Part shown: positions 47,086 to 56,098 of the stretch, piece by piece
How positions within the stretch are numbered: the stretch's first letter is position 1
Layout of the letters: each line of letters opens with the position of its first letter
Virus record (IMG/VR): IMGVR_UViG_3300005758_000044
Coordinates: 1 to 64,000 of that record
DNA: 64,000 nucleotides
Origin: a virus
Taxonomy: Duplodnaviria > Heunggongvirae > Uroviricota > Caudoviricetes
Strand: one strand, 5' to 3'
Program-made: the position numbers and the translations under genes
The notes under the pieces: model-generated
The model's database searches: none
What the model was told of the DNA's origin: nothing
Seen by the model: only the letters and a program-made list of their open reading frames with translations

Positions 47086-47307
47086 ATGACTCCCGCTGAA
47101 GAATTAAATTCGATCTACGAACGCATTGGTGATGGCGAACCAATCACCGATGAATTGAGCGAACGAATTGAACTGCTGGAGAACATTGTCAATCCGAAGG
47201 TTGTTTATCGGTGTGAACCAGTTGAACCGGAAGGTTGTGGTTGCGATCATCCAAGTTATTGTTGGGACTGTGCAGCAATCCGTGGTGGTTGTCCGGAAGA
47301 TGCTTGA
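47086..47307 (+). CDS. small Cys-rich protein
   Basis: CEPVEPEGCGCDHPSYCWDC. Confidence 0.5.
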   Translation: MTPAEELNSIYERIGDGEPITDELSERIELLENIVNPKVVYRCEPVEPEGCGCDHPSYCWDCAAIRGGCPEDA

Positions 47308-47340
47308 CTTTCTCTAAACTCCTGATAACCTTTACTCACA

Positions 47341-47730
47341 ATGAACGCTAACGATCTTGCTGTGTGTTTGATTCCTTCCAATTTGACGTGGTTCACCTTT
47401 AGTCAAAACAATAGCGGTGGACGGTTCACTGTGGATGACAAGGTGGATGCATATGTGATTATTCAGGCACCTGATGCTGATACCGCGAACCAATTGGCTG
47501 AACGTATCGGTATCTACTTCAACGGTGTGGACGAGGGATACGACTGTGAGTGCTGTGGCGACCGATGGAGTTCGATGTACAGTGATGACTACGGAACCGA
47601 TATGCCTAAGATTTACGGACATGAAGTTTCGTATTCGCCTGATGCTGTGATGACCAGTGTGTACCCGGGCGATACTTGGATAAAGATGGGTGTCAAGGTT
47701 TATCCTTACTCGGTGATCAGCAAGATGTAA
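47341..47730 (+). CDS. hypothetical protein
   Basis: 129 aa. Confidence 0.5.
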   Translation: MNANDLAVCLIPSNLTWFTFSQNNSGGRFTVDDKVDAYVIIQAPDADTANQLAERIGIYFNGVDEGYDCECCGDRWSSMYSDDYGTDMPKIYGHEVSYSPDAVMTSVYPGDTWIKMGVKVYPYSVISKM

Positions 47731-47738
47731 CAACTTAC

Positions 47739-47770
47739 AAGGTTTGCGGTGATCCTTCGCAGAAAACCGA
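47739..47770 (+). repeat. conserved upstream hairpin element
   Basis: GGTTTGCGGTGATCCTTCGCAGAAAACCGA. Confidence 0.55.
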
Positions 47771-47811
47771 TTGACTTTCTTCAATTGTCTGTTATCTTGA
47801 AATCACAACAT

Positions 47812-48189
47812 ATGACAAAGTACATCGTAACCGTAGACAGCAGTGGCGACCGGCGTTGGTACAACGAATTCGACCAACTTCACCGCACTGATGGTCCAGC
47901 TGTGGAATATGCTGATGGCACCAAGATTTGGTATCAAAATGACAAACGTCACCGCACTGATGGTCCAGCGGCGGAGTATGCCGATGGCACCAAGCGTTGG
48001 TATCTCAACGGCAAACGTCATCGTGACGATGGTCCTGCTATTGAGTATGTTAACGGAAACAAGTTTTGGTTCATTGAAGACCGTGAGCTGACAGAAGCTG
48101 AGTTTTTGAAGCGAACCAAGGCCAAGGCACCGTGTGAAGGCAGAACGGTTGAAGTGGATGGAGTGCGGTACAAGCTGGTTGCTGTGTAA
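47812..48189 (+). CDS. MORN-like repeat protein
   Basis: three tandem HRTDGPAxEYADGTKxWYxNxK repeats. Confidence 0.5.
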   Translation: MTKYIVTVDSSGDRRWYNEFDQLHRTDGPAVEYADGTKIWYQNDKRHRTDGPAAEYADGTKRWYLNGKRHRDDGPAIEYVNGNKFWFIEDRELTEAEFLKRTKAKAPCEGRTVEVDGVRYKLVAV

Positions 48190-48263
48190 CCGCTGAAGAA
48201 GCCTTGGGGTGAGGATAAAAAGCCCCTTGACTTTCTGTAAAGTTCTGACATACTGATTTCACG

Positions 48264-48452
48264 ATGAAACACGAAAAGTGGGTTGATGTCAACGGAGTTA
48301 CAGTCTACGAAACCGGCCGTCGCAGTTCCAAATTAGGTATCAACAAAGTGTTTCTCACCCGTGGTGAATTGATCGCCACAAAAGTGTTGTTGTCAGGCAC
48401 CGTAACCAAATACGGTACAACATTTATCGCTCCTTTCAAAAAGATTGTTTGA
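48264..48452 (+). CDS. hypothetical protein
   Basis: 62 aa. Confidence 0.5.
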   Translation: MKHEKWVDVNGVTVYETGRRSSKLGINKVFLTRGELIATKVLLSGTVTKYGTTFIAPFKKIV

Positions 48453-48485
48453 CTTTCTCTAAACTGCTGATAGGATAGTTCCACA

Positions 48486-48644
48486 ATGATTAAGATTACA
48501 TTCACTGATTCGTCAACTGTTGTTGTCAAGCGAGTTGTTTTTTATCTTGTATACGGACGACCGGTGATTGGTGTTATCTACAATGATGGTGATGAACCGA
48601 TTGTGCAATGTGTTGAAGAAGTGGAAAGTATTGAAGCTGCTTGA
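48486..48644 (+). CDS. small protein (~52 aa)
   Basis: hand-translated; own promoter. Confidence 0.3.
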   Translation: MIKITFTDSSTVVVKRVVFYLVYGRPVIGVIYNDGDEPIVQCVEEVESIEAA

Positions 48645-48677
48645 CATTCTCTAAATTGCTGATACACTGTATCCACA

Positions 48678-48905
48678 ATGAAAAACGAAGATGTGGTTCG
48701 TATCTGTCGGAACATCATCACCGGACAGTATTACTTGGTTCGTGGTGAATGTAAGGATTTGTTTGACGAATACGACTATGTGGTAATTCGAAGGGATGAT
48801 AAAGACGACTATAAAGACCACTATGTACGCAAACATCTGTTTGACAGTTTTGAGAATGTATCGTATCGGATGTTCAAGAAACTTAACAAAGAAGCTGGGT
48901 TCTAG
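48678..48905 (+). CDS. hypothetical protein
   Basis: 75 aa. Confidence 0.5.
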   Translation: MKNEDVVRICRNIITGQYYLVRGECKDLFDEYDYVVIRRDDKDDYKDHYVRKHLFDSFENVSYRMFKKLNKEAGF

Positions 48906-48946
48906 TTGACTTTCGATAAAACTGTGATACATTGATTTCAGATTTC

Positions 48947-49021
48947 GGGATCGTAGCTCAGTGGTAGAGCAGTGGTCTTTTAAACCATTGGTCGTGGGTT
49001 CAAGTCCCACCGGTCCCACCA
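48947..49021 (+). tRNA. tRNA-Lys (anticodon TTT), canonical
   Basis: GGGATCGTAGCTCAGTGGTAGAGCAGTGGTCTTTTAAACCATTGGTCGTGGGTTCAAGTCCCACCGGTCCCACCA; own early promoter at 48905. Confidence 0.8.
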
Positions 49022-49023
49022 CT

Positions 49024-49172
49024 TTTAGAATTCATCAGGTTGCCGAATACGAGGCTTAATCTGAAAGGACGATGAGTCTGATGAATTCTTGATTTACAGA
49101 TTGTTGTCCGCGTGGATATGGTACGAACGTGGACTCACGAAGCGAGGCGGCCCCAAATCGACAACAATCTGT
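49024..49172 (+). ncRNA. two consecutive long-stem hairpins downstream of tRNA-Lys
   Basis: 12-bp perfect stems AGAATTCATCAG/CTGATGAATTCT and CAGATTGTTGTC/GACAACAATCTG each enclosing 38-50 nt. Confidence 0.35.
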
Positions 49173-49174
49173 TA

Positions 49175-49203
49175 AGGTTTGCGGTGATCCTAATCAAAAC
49201 CGC
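49175..49203 (+). repeat. conserved upstream hairpin element
   Basis: AGGTTTGCGGTGATCCTAATCAAAACCGC. Confidence 0.6.
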
Positions 49204-49249
49204 TTGACTTTCTTCACAGAAGTTCTTTACAAGTCAGAAAAGTCTGATA

Positions 49250-49800
49250 AGATATTTTCAGTTGATGAGGCTATAGACAATCCGTTGGGAAATAAAGCAG
49301 AGAAATGACGGGACTCTGCCATCAACCTATAATTTTCAGTGGAAAATAACCGGAAGTAATGTACCGGGCCTCCACAAGGAGGTGAGATACGTAGTCATCG
49401 TGTATCCACTGACAGCTAACTCAGAGAGTGCCAGTCAATAGATGCCGAGCATGGGGCGACTGGTAATGCCGCTGAGGAAATGGAGAACCAGACCTGCTGT
49501 TCAAAGAATGAAAACTGGATCACTTTTAACCAAGCAATAGAGATTAGCTACTCGAAAACAGTCAAAAGTTGTACTGATAACAGCGTTGCAGGCGGCCTGT
49601 AAAATAATGTACGCAAACGGAAACAGATGAACAATGACTTTTTTGCTTGGTTGTATTTTTGAAAGCATAGCAAGATAACAGATAGACGCCGAACCTGTTG
49701 GTTGTAAAAGGTGACGCACACCGCCGTCGCGGGGGTCCACGTTCAATTCGTGGTAGGTTCGTAGGGAACATACGGCCATCCTTAAATGGAGAGTCGGTGA
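49250..49800 (+). ncRNA. promoter-driven ~550-nt non-coding transcript (unclassified structured RNA candidate)
   Basis: early promoter at 49204 followed by 560 nt with no plus-strand ORF >40 aa; local stems e.g. CCTCC-ACAA-GGAGG; ends at next promoter 49810. Confidence 0.4.
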
Positions 49801-49854
49801 AATCCTGAAACTTGCTATTGACTTTCTCTAAAACTCTGATAAGGTAGATTCACA

Positions 49855-50013
49855 ATGATTGAGATTATCCGTAATCCGTTGACAAAGTTGTCACTTCTCA
49901 GCAACATTTGGATTGAAGATGGTATGTTGTTTCACATCCTCATTCCACATGACACAGAACAAATCGAATTGTTGACTGACAATGAGATTGGTCAATATAT
50001 GGGCGGCAATTAA
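49855..50013 (+). CDS. small protein (~52 aa)
   Basis: hand-translated after promoter at 49810. Confidence 0.3.
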   Translation: MIEIIRNPLTKLSLLSNIWIEDGMLFHILIPHDTEQIELLTDNEIGQYMGGN

Positions 50014-50221
50014 AAAGTTGTTGACTTCATGATCTTTCGTTGGTACAGACAATGGAAATGTAGTCGTGGAAACCACGAATTGGTGTCTGGTTATGTGCCT
50101 ACCAACAACCCTTTGGCACTAGATCGTGAAGTCAAGTGTGTGCATTGTTCATTCAAAAAAATCGTTGGTAGACAATACTTCTTCGATTGACTTTCAGTAA
50201 ACCACTGATAGGATAATCATC

Positions 50222-50458
50222 ATGGCATACGATCCGGATCTTAGAAACTGTCAAAACATTCTTGAATCCAAGAGAACTTTTGTTGCCGATGACAGACAAC
50301 ATGCATATGAATCTGTTGTCAATGCCCTTAGCAAGGCAGGCTTTGGTGTGACCATGGTGGGTGATGTTCTCACTGTTCGTAACAAAGGATTTGATGCTAC
50401 GTTTATTCTTCACGAAGTAAGGCTTGACAGAGACCGCGTCGAACCTGATGGAAAATAA
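50222..50458 (+). CDS. hypothetical protein
   Basis: 78 aa. Confidence 0.5.
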   Translation: MAYDPDLRNCQNILESKRTFVADDRQHAYESVVNALSKAGFGVTMVGDVLTVRNKGFDATFILHEVRLDRDRVEPDGK

Positions 50459-50720
50459 AAGCGTGTATATGTCAAATACGAACTGGACAGATACACCGCC
50501 AAATACGCCGGGGTGGTATTGGGTAAGACGCAAGAAAGAATGTAGTGTGGAGTATTTTCCATACTATGGTCAATACCCCGAACACTGGTCTGTCATTCGT
50601 CAGAATACTTTGGACATGCTGATTGAAAGCGGTAACCAACAGCTAACAGATGAATTTGCCAATCTTGACCAGAAGACGTTCGTCGTAGAATACAACGGTC
50701 CAATCTTTCCACCAAACTAG
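50448..50720 (+). CDS. hypothetical protein
   Basis: start uncertain (MENKSVYM or MSNTNW). Confidence 0.4.
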   Translation: MENKSVYMSNTNWTDTPPNTPGWYWVRRKKECSVEYFPYYGQYPEHWSVIRQNTLDMLIESGNQQLTDEFANLDQKTFVVEYNGPIFPPN

Positions 50721-50758
50721 TTGACTTTCAGTAAACCACTGATAGGATATTCGCACAA

Positions 50759-50917
50759 TGAAAATCTTGGTGTATTATCCTGCTACGCAAAAAACCCAAA
50801 TCATTGAATGTGAAAGAATTGAGGCGGGTCCCGGCGGAATCATGTGGGTCAATCGCCGTGATTGTGGATTTGTTGGATTTTGCGAGGACTATACAATTAC
50901 CATAGTCGATCATTGAC
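50759..50917 (+). CDS. small protein (~52 aa)
   Basis: hand-translated after promoter at 50720. Confidence 0.3.
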
Positions 50918-51085
50918 TTTCAATTGACTGGTGGCGAAACGGCAAACGCACGGAGGCATCCGATTCTCCAATGTTGTATGTCGGCAGACAGAAGCATTGG
51001 CATTGCACGAATGAAGGTTCAAATCCTTCCCAGTCAACCATTTTCCGTTTGACATTTTCTAAAACCCTGATAACCTATTGTTGTT

Positions 51086-51433
51086 ATGAAAATCACATAC
51101 TCAATCGCAGAAGCACTCACCATCCTCACCGAACGTGCCAAGGCACTCAACCACATTCAAGATTTGTCGGTTGAAGTAACATACCCACAAAACCCCATTG
51201 GTGCACAAGACACCAATACCACCGATCAACATCCTTTGGAAGCTTACGCCGTAGTCGTCCGGGAATATGGCGGTTCTAGGCACAATACGAACAAGATTCC
51301 AGCCATCAAGGCGATTCGAGACCGAGTCCGGGGTTTGGGACTCGCTGACGCAAAGTGTGTCATTGAATCCGACCCCGCGTTGGTGCTCATTCACTTTTCT
51401 CGCTGCAATACGTTGAGCGGAATTTCCGAGTGA
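51086..51433 (+). CDS. ribosomal protein bL12 (L7/L12) C-terminal-domain homologue
   Basis: IKAIRDRVRGLGLADAKCVIESDPA aligns to bL12 CTD [24 protein letters not shown]; novel N-terminal half. Confidence 0.6.
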   Translation: MKITYSIAEALTILTERAKALNHIQDLSVEVTYPQNPIGAQDTNTTDQHPLEAYAVVVREYGGSRHNTNKIPAIKAIRDRVRGLGLADAKCVIESDPALVLIHFSRCNTLSGISE

Positions 51434-51474
51434 CCAGCCGATAATCAATTCACAAGGTTGTGGGTCATCCTTTC

Positions 51475-51508
51475 AACAAAACCCCACCCATATATACAGG
51501 GCATCTGC
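51475..51508 (+). repeat. upstream hairpin element variant (GTGGGT/ACCCCAC stem)
   Basis: GGTTGTGGGTCATCCTTTCAACAAAACCCCACCC. Confidence 0.5.
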
Positions 51509-51580
51509 GCTGCCCACCAGCCGCTTTTGTCGCCGGATGCCACTTGACTTTCTCTAAAACCGATATACACTGTACCCACA

Positions 51581-51838
51581 ATGAATCCTACGAACTACAC
51601 GGTCGGTCAACGCATCATCCTCACCAAAGACAACTGGTTGACCATTCGCAACAGCAATCGCAGTATTCACGCATATCCAGACGATAACTACGTTAACATC
51701 GTTTATCAATTGATGACCAACAACGTCGCAGGCACCGTCACCAAGCGATTTACGCCCGGTTATGAGTTCAACGTTACCTTTGACAATGGTCAAGTGCTGC
51801 AAATGAAAGATCACTGGGTCACTCCCATTTCCAAGTAA
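51581..51838 (+). CDS. hypothetical protein
   Basis: 85 aa. Confidence 0.5.
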   Translation: MNPTNYTVGQRIILTKDNWLTIRNSNRSIHAYPDDNYVNIVYQLMTNNVAGTVTKRFTPGYEFNVTFDNGQVLQMKDHWVTPISK

Positions 51839-51893
51839 TTCAGTTCAAAAATCCGGTTGACTTTCTCTAAAACTTCGGTAACCTAGTCTCCTA

Positions 51894-52109
51894 ATGAATA
51901 ACGAACTGATCGCTAAGGCCCTCAAGAAGTTCCCCAAGGCCAAAAAGATCGCAGTCGAAAACTTCACCATGGGCTACAACGAACTGTCTATGGAAGCTTC
52001 CATGAACCTCGAAATGGATGCCTCACTCTACAAGTGGAACGCACACACCACCAACGCCATTCGTTACGTGCTACAACACAAACACGCATTCAAAACCATG
52101 GCAGACTAA
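51894..52109 (+). CDS. hypothetical protein
   Basis: 71 aa. Confidence 0.5.
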   Translation: MNNELIAKALKKFPKAKKIAVENFTMGYNELSMEASMNLEMDASLYKWNAHTTNAIRYVLQHKHAFKTMAD

Positions 52110-52136
52110 CACACAATCGGTTGTGGGTGATCCGTC
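52110..52136 (+). repeat. upstream hairpin element variant (GGGT/ACCC stem)
   Basis: GGTTGTGGGTGATCCGTCAAAACCC. Confidence 0.5.
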
Positions 52137-52307
52137 AAAACCCTCAACAACACCACTACAAATAGTAGTGTCGCGACAATAAGAACTGCTATTCAATCAA
52201 AAACACCTCGCTACGTCAACCACATAATGGTTTTCCGCGCCTGGTGTTGCTGCTTTTTATAGAAAGTTCTTGTGTTTGCCACTCTGCCGGTATAGAGTAT
52301 TGCCACG

Positions 52308-52625
52308 ATGAACGACACCGTGACACCCTTTGTTCCCACCCGCTTTGTTCCCACCCGTGACGATCTGATCGGCTACATCTCCGATATCTACAAGGAAATC
52401 AATGGGTTTCGTCCTCGCCCCGACTGGTCCATGCTCACTTACGAGGAGCTTGACAAGTGGGGTCGTGAGTTGTCCGCCGAAGCCATCCTCCACCGTAAGC
52501 AACAGGTGCAATGGGCCCGCCTGGCCCGCAAACTACGTCGTGCTCGTCAACGGGCTTGGGTGCAAAAGAAACGCACCTACTTCACACCCGTCACCTTCAC
52601 ACTGGGCATGCTAATGCCCACCTAA
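52308..52625 (+). CDS. hypothetical Arg-rich protein (GC-rich)
   Basis: 105 aa. Confidence 0.5.
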   Translation: MNDTVTPFVPTRFVPTRDDLIGYISDIYKEINGFRPRPDWSMLTYEELDKWGRELSAEAILHRKQQVQWARLARKLRRARQRAWVQKKRTYFTPVTFTLGMLMPT

Positions 52626-52664
52626 ACCACCGGGAGCTGTCAAGCTCCCTTTTTCACTATTGCC

Positions 52665-52682
52665 ATGGTTTTCCGCGGCTGG
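52665..52682 (+). promoter_or_regulatory. ATGGTTTTCCGCGGCTGG motif copy
   Basis: exact consensus. Confidence 0.5.
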
Positions 52683-52689
52683 TTGATGC

Positions 52690-52720
52690 ATAAAAAGACC
52701 CGGATTTTACTCCGGGTTGT
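52690..52720 (-). terminator. rho-independent terminator
   Basis: gacccgga-ttttac-tccgggt with T-run on minus. Confidence 0.65.
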
Positions 52721-52727
52721 CAATCTT

Positions 52728-53238
52728 TTACTTGGCAAAGTTCAACTTCCTGAACTTGATGGCACGAATCGAATCCATCTTGAGAGTGATAACCGGCTGC
52801 TTGAAGTCACCCCAATCCTTCTCAGGAATAAAGGCCTTCATCTTGGTAACTTCCTCCTCAGTCAGCTCCCGACCATTCAGAACATACTTGGTTCCCTTGG
52901 TCCGATGAGGAAAGAACTGAAGGTATTTCTGGTCCGGGTTCTTCTTGGAAAAACACAGCGGAGTGACCTTGCCATCGTTGGTGGTCTCATGCAGATACCA
53001 CGTCTCGCCACCCTCGTAGTTCGCCTCAACACCAGCCTCCTTCATCCGACGATTCACTCGAGCCTCATGGTTCACATTCACCAAACCATTGCGCCGGGTA
53101 ACCTTCACAGCACCCACAAAAGGATTGCCAGTCTTGCGCATCTTCACTTCGGTCTCAGTCTCGAGCGTCACAAACTGACACTCAGTGCCGAGAATACGGA
53201 GGAAGGTAACCAATTCGCTGTTGTCTTTGATAGTGATC
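52728..53238 (-). CDS. hypothetical protein
   Basis: track ORF trimmed; no in-frame ATG after the promoter region so GTG start assumed. Confidence 0.4.
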
Positions 53239-53463
53239 GTCTTCACGGGTAAAAGACTACCAGATGATGTCCATCTTTCAACAAATAAAAGCCGCCGGGT
53301 GCCACATAAATGCCTTGACATATACCACCACCCACCAATCCCCATACACATCCATATCACCTTGTCAATACCTTTCTTCAGTTTCCGCGTATGCTCAAAC
53401 ATACACTTTGTTCAAAATATGCCTTGTATATACGCCAACACCTGATACTCTGTTCTCCGACAT

Positions 53464-53638
53464 GAATAAGAACATCGTCCGCTACAACGTCACCAAAAAC
53501 CTCCAAACTCCCATGAACCTCCGCATCAGCCTCGACACTCGCCTTCGCCGCTCTCATGTCACCCGTGTCGCCCGTGACTACGCACATCTTCGTGAATCCA
53601 TGGGTGACCTCACTGTCAAGAACTGGGACAACCTCTAA
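53464..53638 (+). CDS. small protein (~58 aa)
   Basis: MNKNIVRYNV...; promoter with TGATACTCT -10. Confidence 0.35.
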
Positions 53639-53648
53639 CATCACAATC

Positions 53649-53676
53649 GGTTCGGGGTCATCCATAAACCCCACCA
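53649..53676 (+). repeat. upstream hairpin element variant (GGGGT/ACCCC stem)
   Basis: GGTTCGGGGTCATCCATAAACCCCACC. Confidence 0.5.
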
Positions 53677-53800
53677 CTTGTCAACTACATTGTGGTTCAC
53701 CATAGCCATATACACCCCACTCCACCCCACCCAAAACACTACCTTTTTGACCAGCATGCCTGGTACCCACCCCTACCCAAAATAACCCAAAAAACAAGGG

Positions 53801-53859
53801 GCAGGGTGGTATCCACCCCCCACCCTGCGCTACTTCTGAACAGGGGGTAGCGCTACCCC
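53801..53859. repeat. inverted repeat GCAGGGTGG...CCACCCTGC plus perfect 16-bp palindrome GGGGTAGCGCTACCCC
   Basis: 53801-53828 IR; 53844-53859 palindrome within C-rich non-coding region. Confidence 0.7.
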
Positions 53860-54052
53860 TCCCACCCGCGCAGAGTTGCGCAACACACAAGCAAAAAAAT
53901 ATCATGGGAAAAACCGTATATATGGTTAACATAATGGTGTGTTTTTGTGGCATAGATTTTTGATAAGAGGGTGAAAAAGTGATGCGCACGCGGTGGGTGC
54001 AGAAAAAGTTTGGGGAGTTTTGTATATATGGTTATAGTTATGATAAAAAGAT

Positions 54053-54964
54053 ATGAGTGAAACAGTTGCATTGGTTAGTGTATCTGACGACAGATATGGG
54101 CGAAAAGGAGGAGCGTATGGTATTACACAGAACAAGGTGCGTCGTATAATTGAAAACAATGATCAATTTGGCATAGGCAGGCTGATGTTTTGGAATTGGA
54201 GAGATATAGAGAGCAGTGATTTGTATAGTGGCAATAGGGTATTATTGAGCAATGCGGATCCTGCGGTGAATGGTCGGTGTTACAAGCCGTATGTTATAAT
54301 GAGGGCGTTGAGAGAGATGAATGATGGGGATTATGTTATATACAATGATGTATCGCCGGAGTGGTGGGAGGTTGGCGAGGATTTTGAGATAACGGATGGT
54401 TATCAGTTGGATGTTATCAAGCGGTTGTGTAGCAGCAATGGTGATATATTGAGTTGTAGGGTGAGTTGGCAGGCACCTGATGGGGTATTTGCGAATCATA
54501 CGCATGAGAATTTTACGAGTGAGAGGTGTATGAGGTATATGGAAATGGAGAGGTATCGGCATTGTTTGCAGCATGCTTCTGGAATGATGGTATTTAGAAA
54601 GAGTGTGCGTAGTATTGAGTATGTGGATAGGTGGATGAAGTATAATTTGGTGGATGAGTGTTGTGGGTTAAAGAATATAGATACTGGTGAGGATTATTGG
54701 GGAGAAGAGGCGAGTGTGCATGGCAAGATAGGGCATCGGCATGATCAGTCTATATCTGGGTTATTGGTGAATGATATTGGCAACCGGCTATTGAATATAC
54801 CTGATTATTGGAATCCTTATCCTACCAAGACCTATAATTTTTTGAGTTTTTGTATGACCGGGCACAAATATGAGTTTGTTGATTCTGTTATAGAGCCTAG
54901 CGGGGTGTACTATAAGAATGTATATATGAATGACCGTTGGAGTATTTTGAAAATGAGTCGGTGA
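54053..54964 (+). CDS. hypothetical protein (possible nucleotide-sugar transferase-like)
   Basis: 303 aa, G+T-rich coding strand. Confidence 0.5.
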   Translation: MSETVALVSVSDDRYGRKGGAYGITQNKVRRIIENNDQFGIGRLMFWNWRDIESSDLYSGNRVLLSNADPAVNGRCYKPYVIMRALREMNDGDYVIYNDVSPEWWEVGEDFEITDGYQLDVIKRLCSSNGDILSCRVSWQAPDGVFANHTHENFTSERCMRYMEMERYRHCLQHASGMMVFRKSVRSIEYVDRWMKYNLVDECCGLKNIDTGEDYWGEEASVHGKIGHRHDQSISGLLVNDIGNRLLNIPDYWNPYPTKTYNFLSFCMTGHKYEFVDSVIEPSGVYYKNVYMNDRWSILKMSR

Positions 54965-55000
54965 TATACGAGTTGTCGGTATATTTATTGTAACGTATAT

Positions 55001-55561
55001 ATGATATTATTGAAGCAACTGTTGAGCAGCATATTGAGTGAGGCAATGACATACAGTCAGTTATTGTCACAAACTGATGGTGTGCGTAGAAACAAGGGTG
55101 GGCGAATGAGAGTTCGTAGTTTGGCAGGCAGTGCTAATGAGGATAGTGAGCAGTGGAATTTTGGGTATAAGAGTGCTAGTGATCATAACACTACGAATGG
55201 ATCACATGAGGGTCGAATATCATTTGATAAGGATGCGTACAATCGTAACAAGGGCAAGCGTAGTATGAACGAGGTAGAGTGTAAGGTAGATTGTAGTTGT
55301 CCTGACTATATGTATCGATGGGCGTATGCCAATTATTATAGAGATGCGGGCAGTTTGGGCAAAGACAGTTTGAATAGGTGTAATGGCAGTGTACCTGGCA
55401 AGACCAATCCTCGATTGAAGCCAAGTTTATGTAAACATTTGGTTGCGTTGAGTGGATATTTGAAGACCAAATTGGATGAAAGTGTTTATGATGATATGGG
55501 TGAGAAGTTGAGTGATGTTGTTAGCAAGAACAAACAATTTGAAATAAAGTATGAAGAATAA
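55001..55561 (+). CDS. hypothetical Cys-rich protein
   Basis: 186 aa. Confidence 0.5.
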   Translation: MILLKQLLSSILSEAMTYSQLLSQTDGVRRNKGGRMRVRSLAGSANEDSEQWNFGYKSASDHNTTNGSHEGRISFDKDAYNRNKGKRSMNEVECKVDCSCPDYMYRWAYANYYRDAGSLGKDSLNRCNGSVPGKTNPRLKPSLCKHLVALSGYLKTKLDESVYDDMGEKLSDVVSKNKQFEIKYEE

Positions 55562-56039
55562 GATAGACACGATGTTGTGTGAGGGTGACGTTGACAAAAA
55601 CCGAATCAAGGTTGCGTTGGCGTTTTTCATCAAACTTTTGAAATTGACGAGTGCGTCTAATCGAATCAGTTTGAAGTATGGATATTTGGATGTTGATCCT
55701 GAGAGTCAACTACCTACACAGGCTAGTGTTAAGGTGAGTGAGAGCAAGCCACACAAGTATACTATTACGATGCGTAGCAACAATCCTATGAGTGTTGACG
55801 AGCAGATACGTCATTTGGCGCATGAGGTAAAGCATATTGAACAAGTTGAGAGTGGGCGATTTGATGTATATGGCAACAAGTGGGATGGAGTTACATATCC
55901 TACTGGGTATACGAGATCTGATTATATGAAGTATCCGTGGGAGCAAGATGCTCGTAGTGGTGCTGCTGAGATGTCGTTGGAGTTTACAAGATATATGCGT
56001 GACAGAGGCAGCAAAAAGAAGATTGTGAAGATACGTTGA
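55551..56039 (+). CDS. HExxH-motif protein
   Basis: LAHEVKHIEQ; loosely related to 10781-11143. Confidence 0.45.
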   Translation: MKNKIDTMLCEGDVDKNRIKVALAFFIKLLKLTSASNRISLKYGYLDVDPESQLPTQASVKVSESKPHKYTITMRSNNPMSVDEQIRHLAHEVKHIEQVESGRFDVYGNKWDGVTYPTGYTRSDYMKYPWEQDARSGAAEMSLEFTRYMRDRGSKKKIVKIR

Positions 56040-56098
56040 AATATAAAAAGTTGCACACAAAACTTGACAAGTAAATTTTTGTGTGGTAGATTATTATA

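Noticed and set aside
49501-49779. Minus ORFs 49501-49779 and 49562-49771 inside the candidate ncRNA
   Set aside because: They oppose the transcription direction of the surrounding block, have no promoter motif and no partner genes. The ncRNA interpretation is kept, but a small protein cannot be fully excluded.
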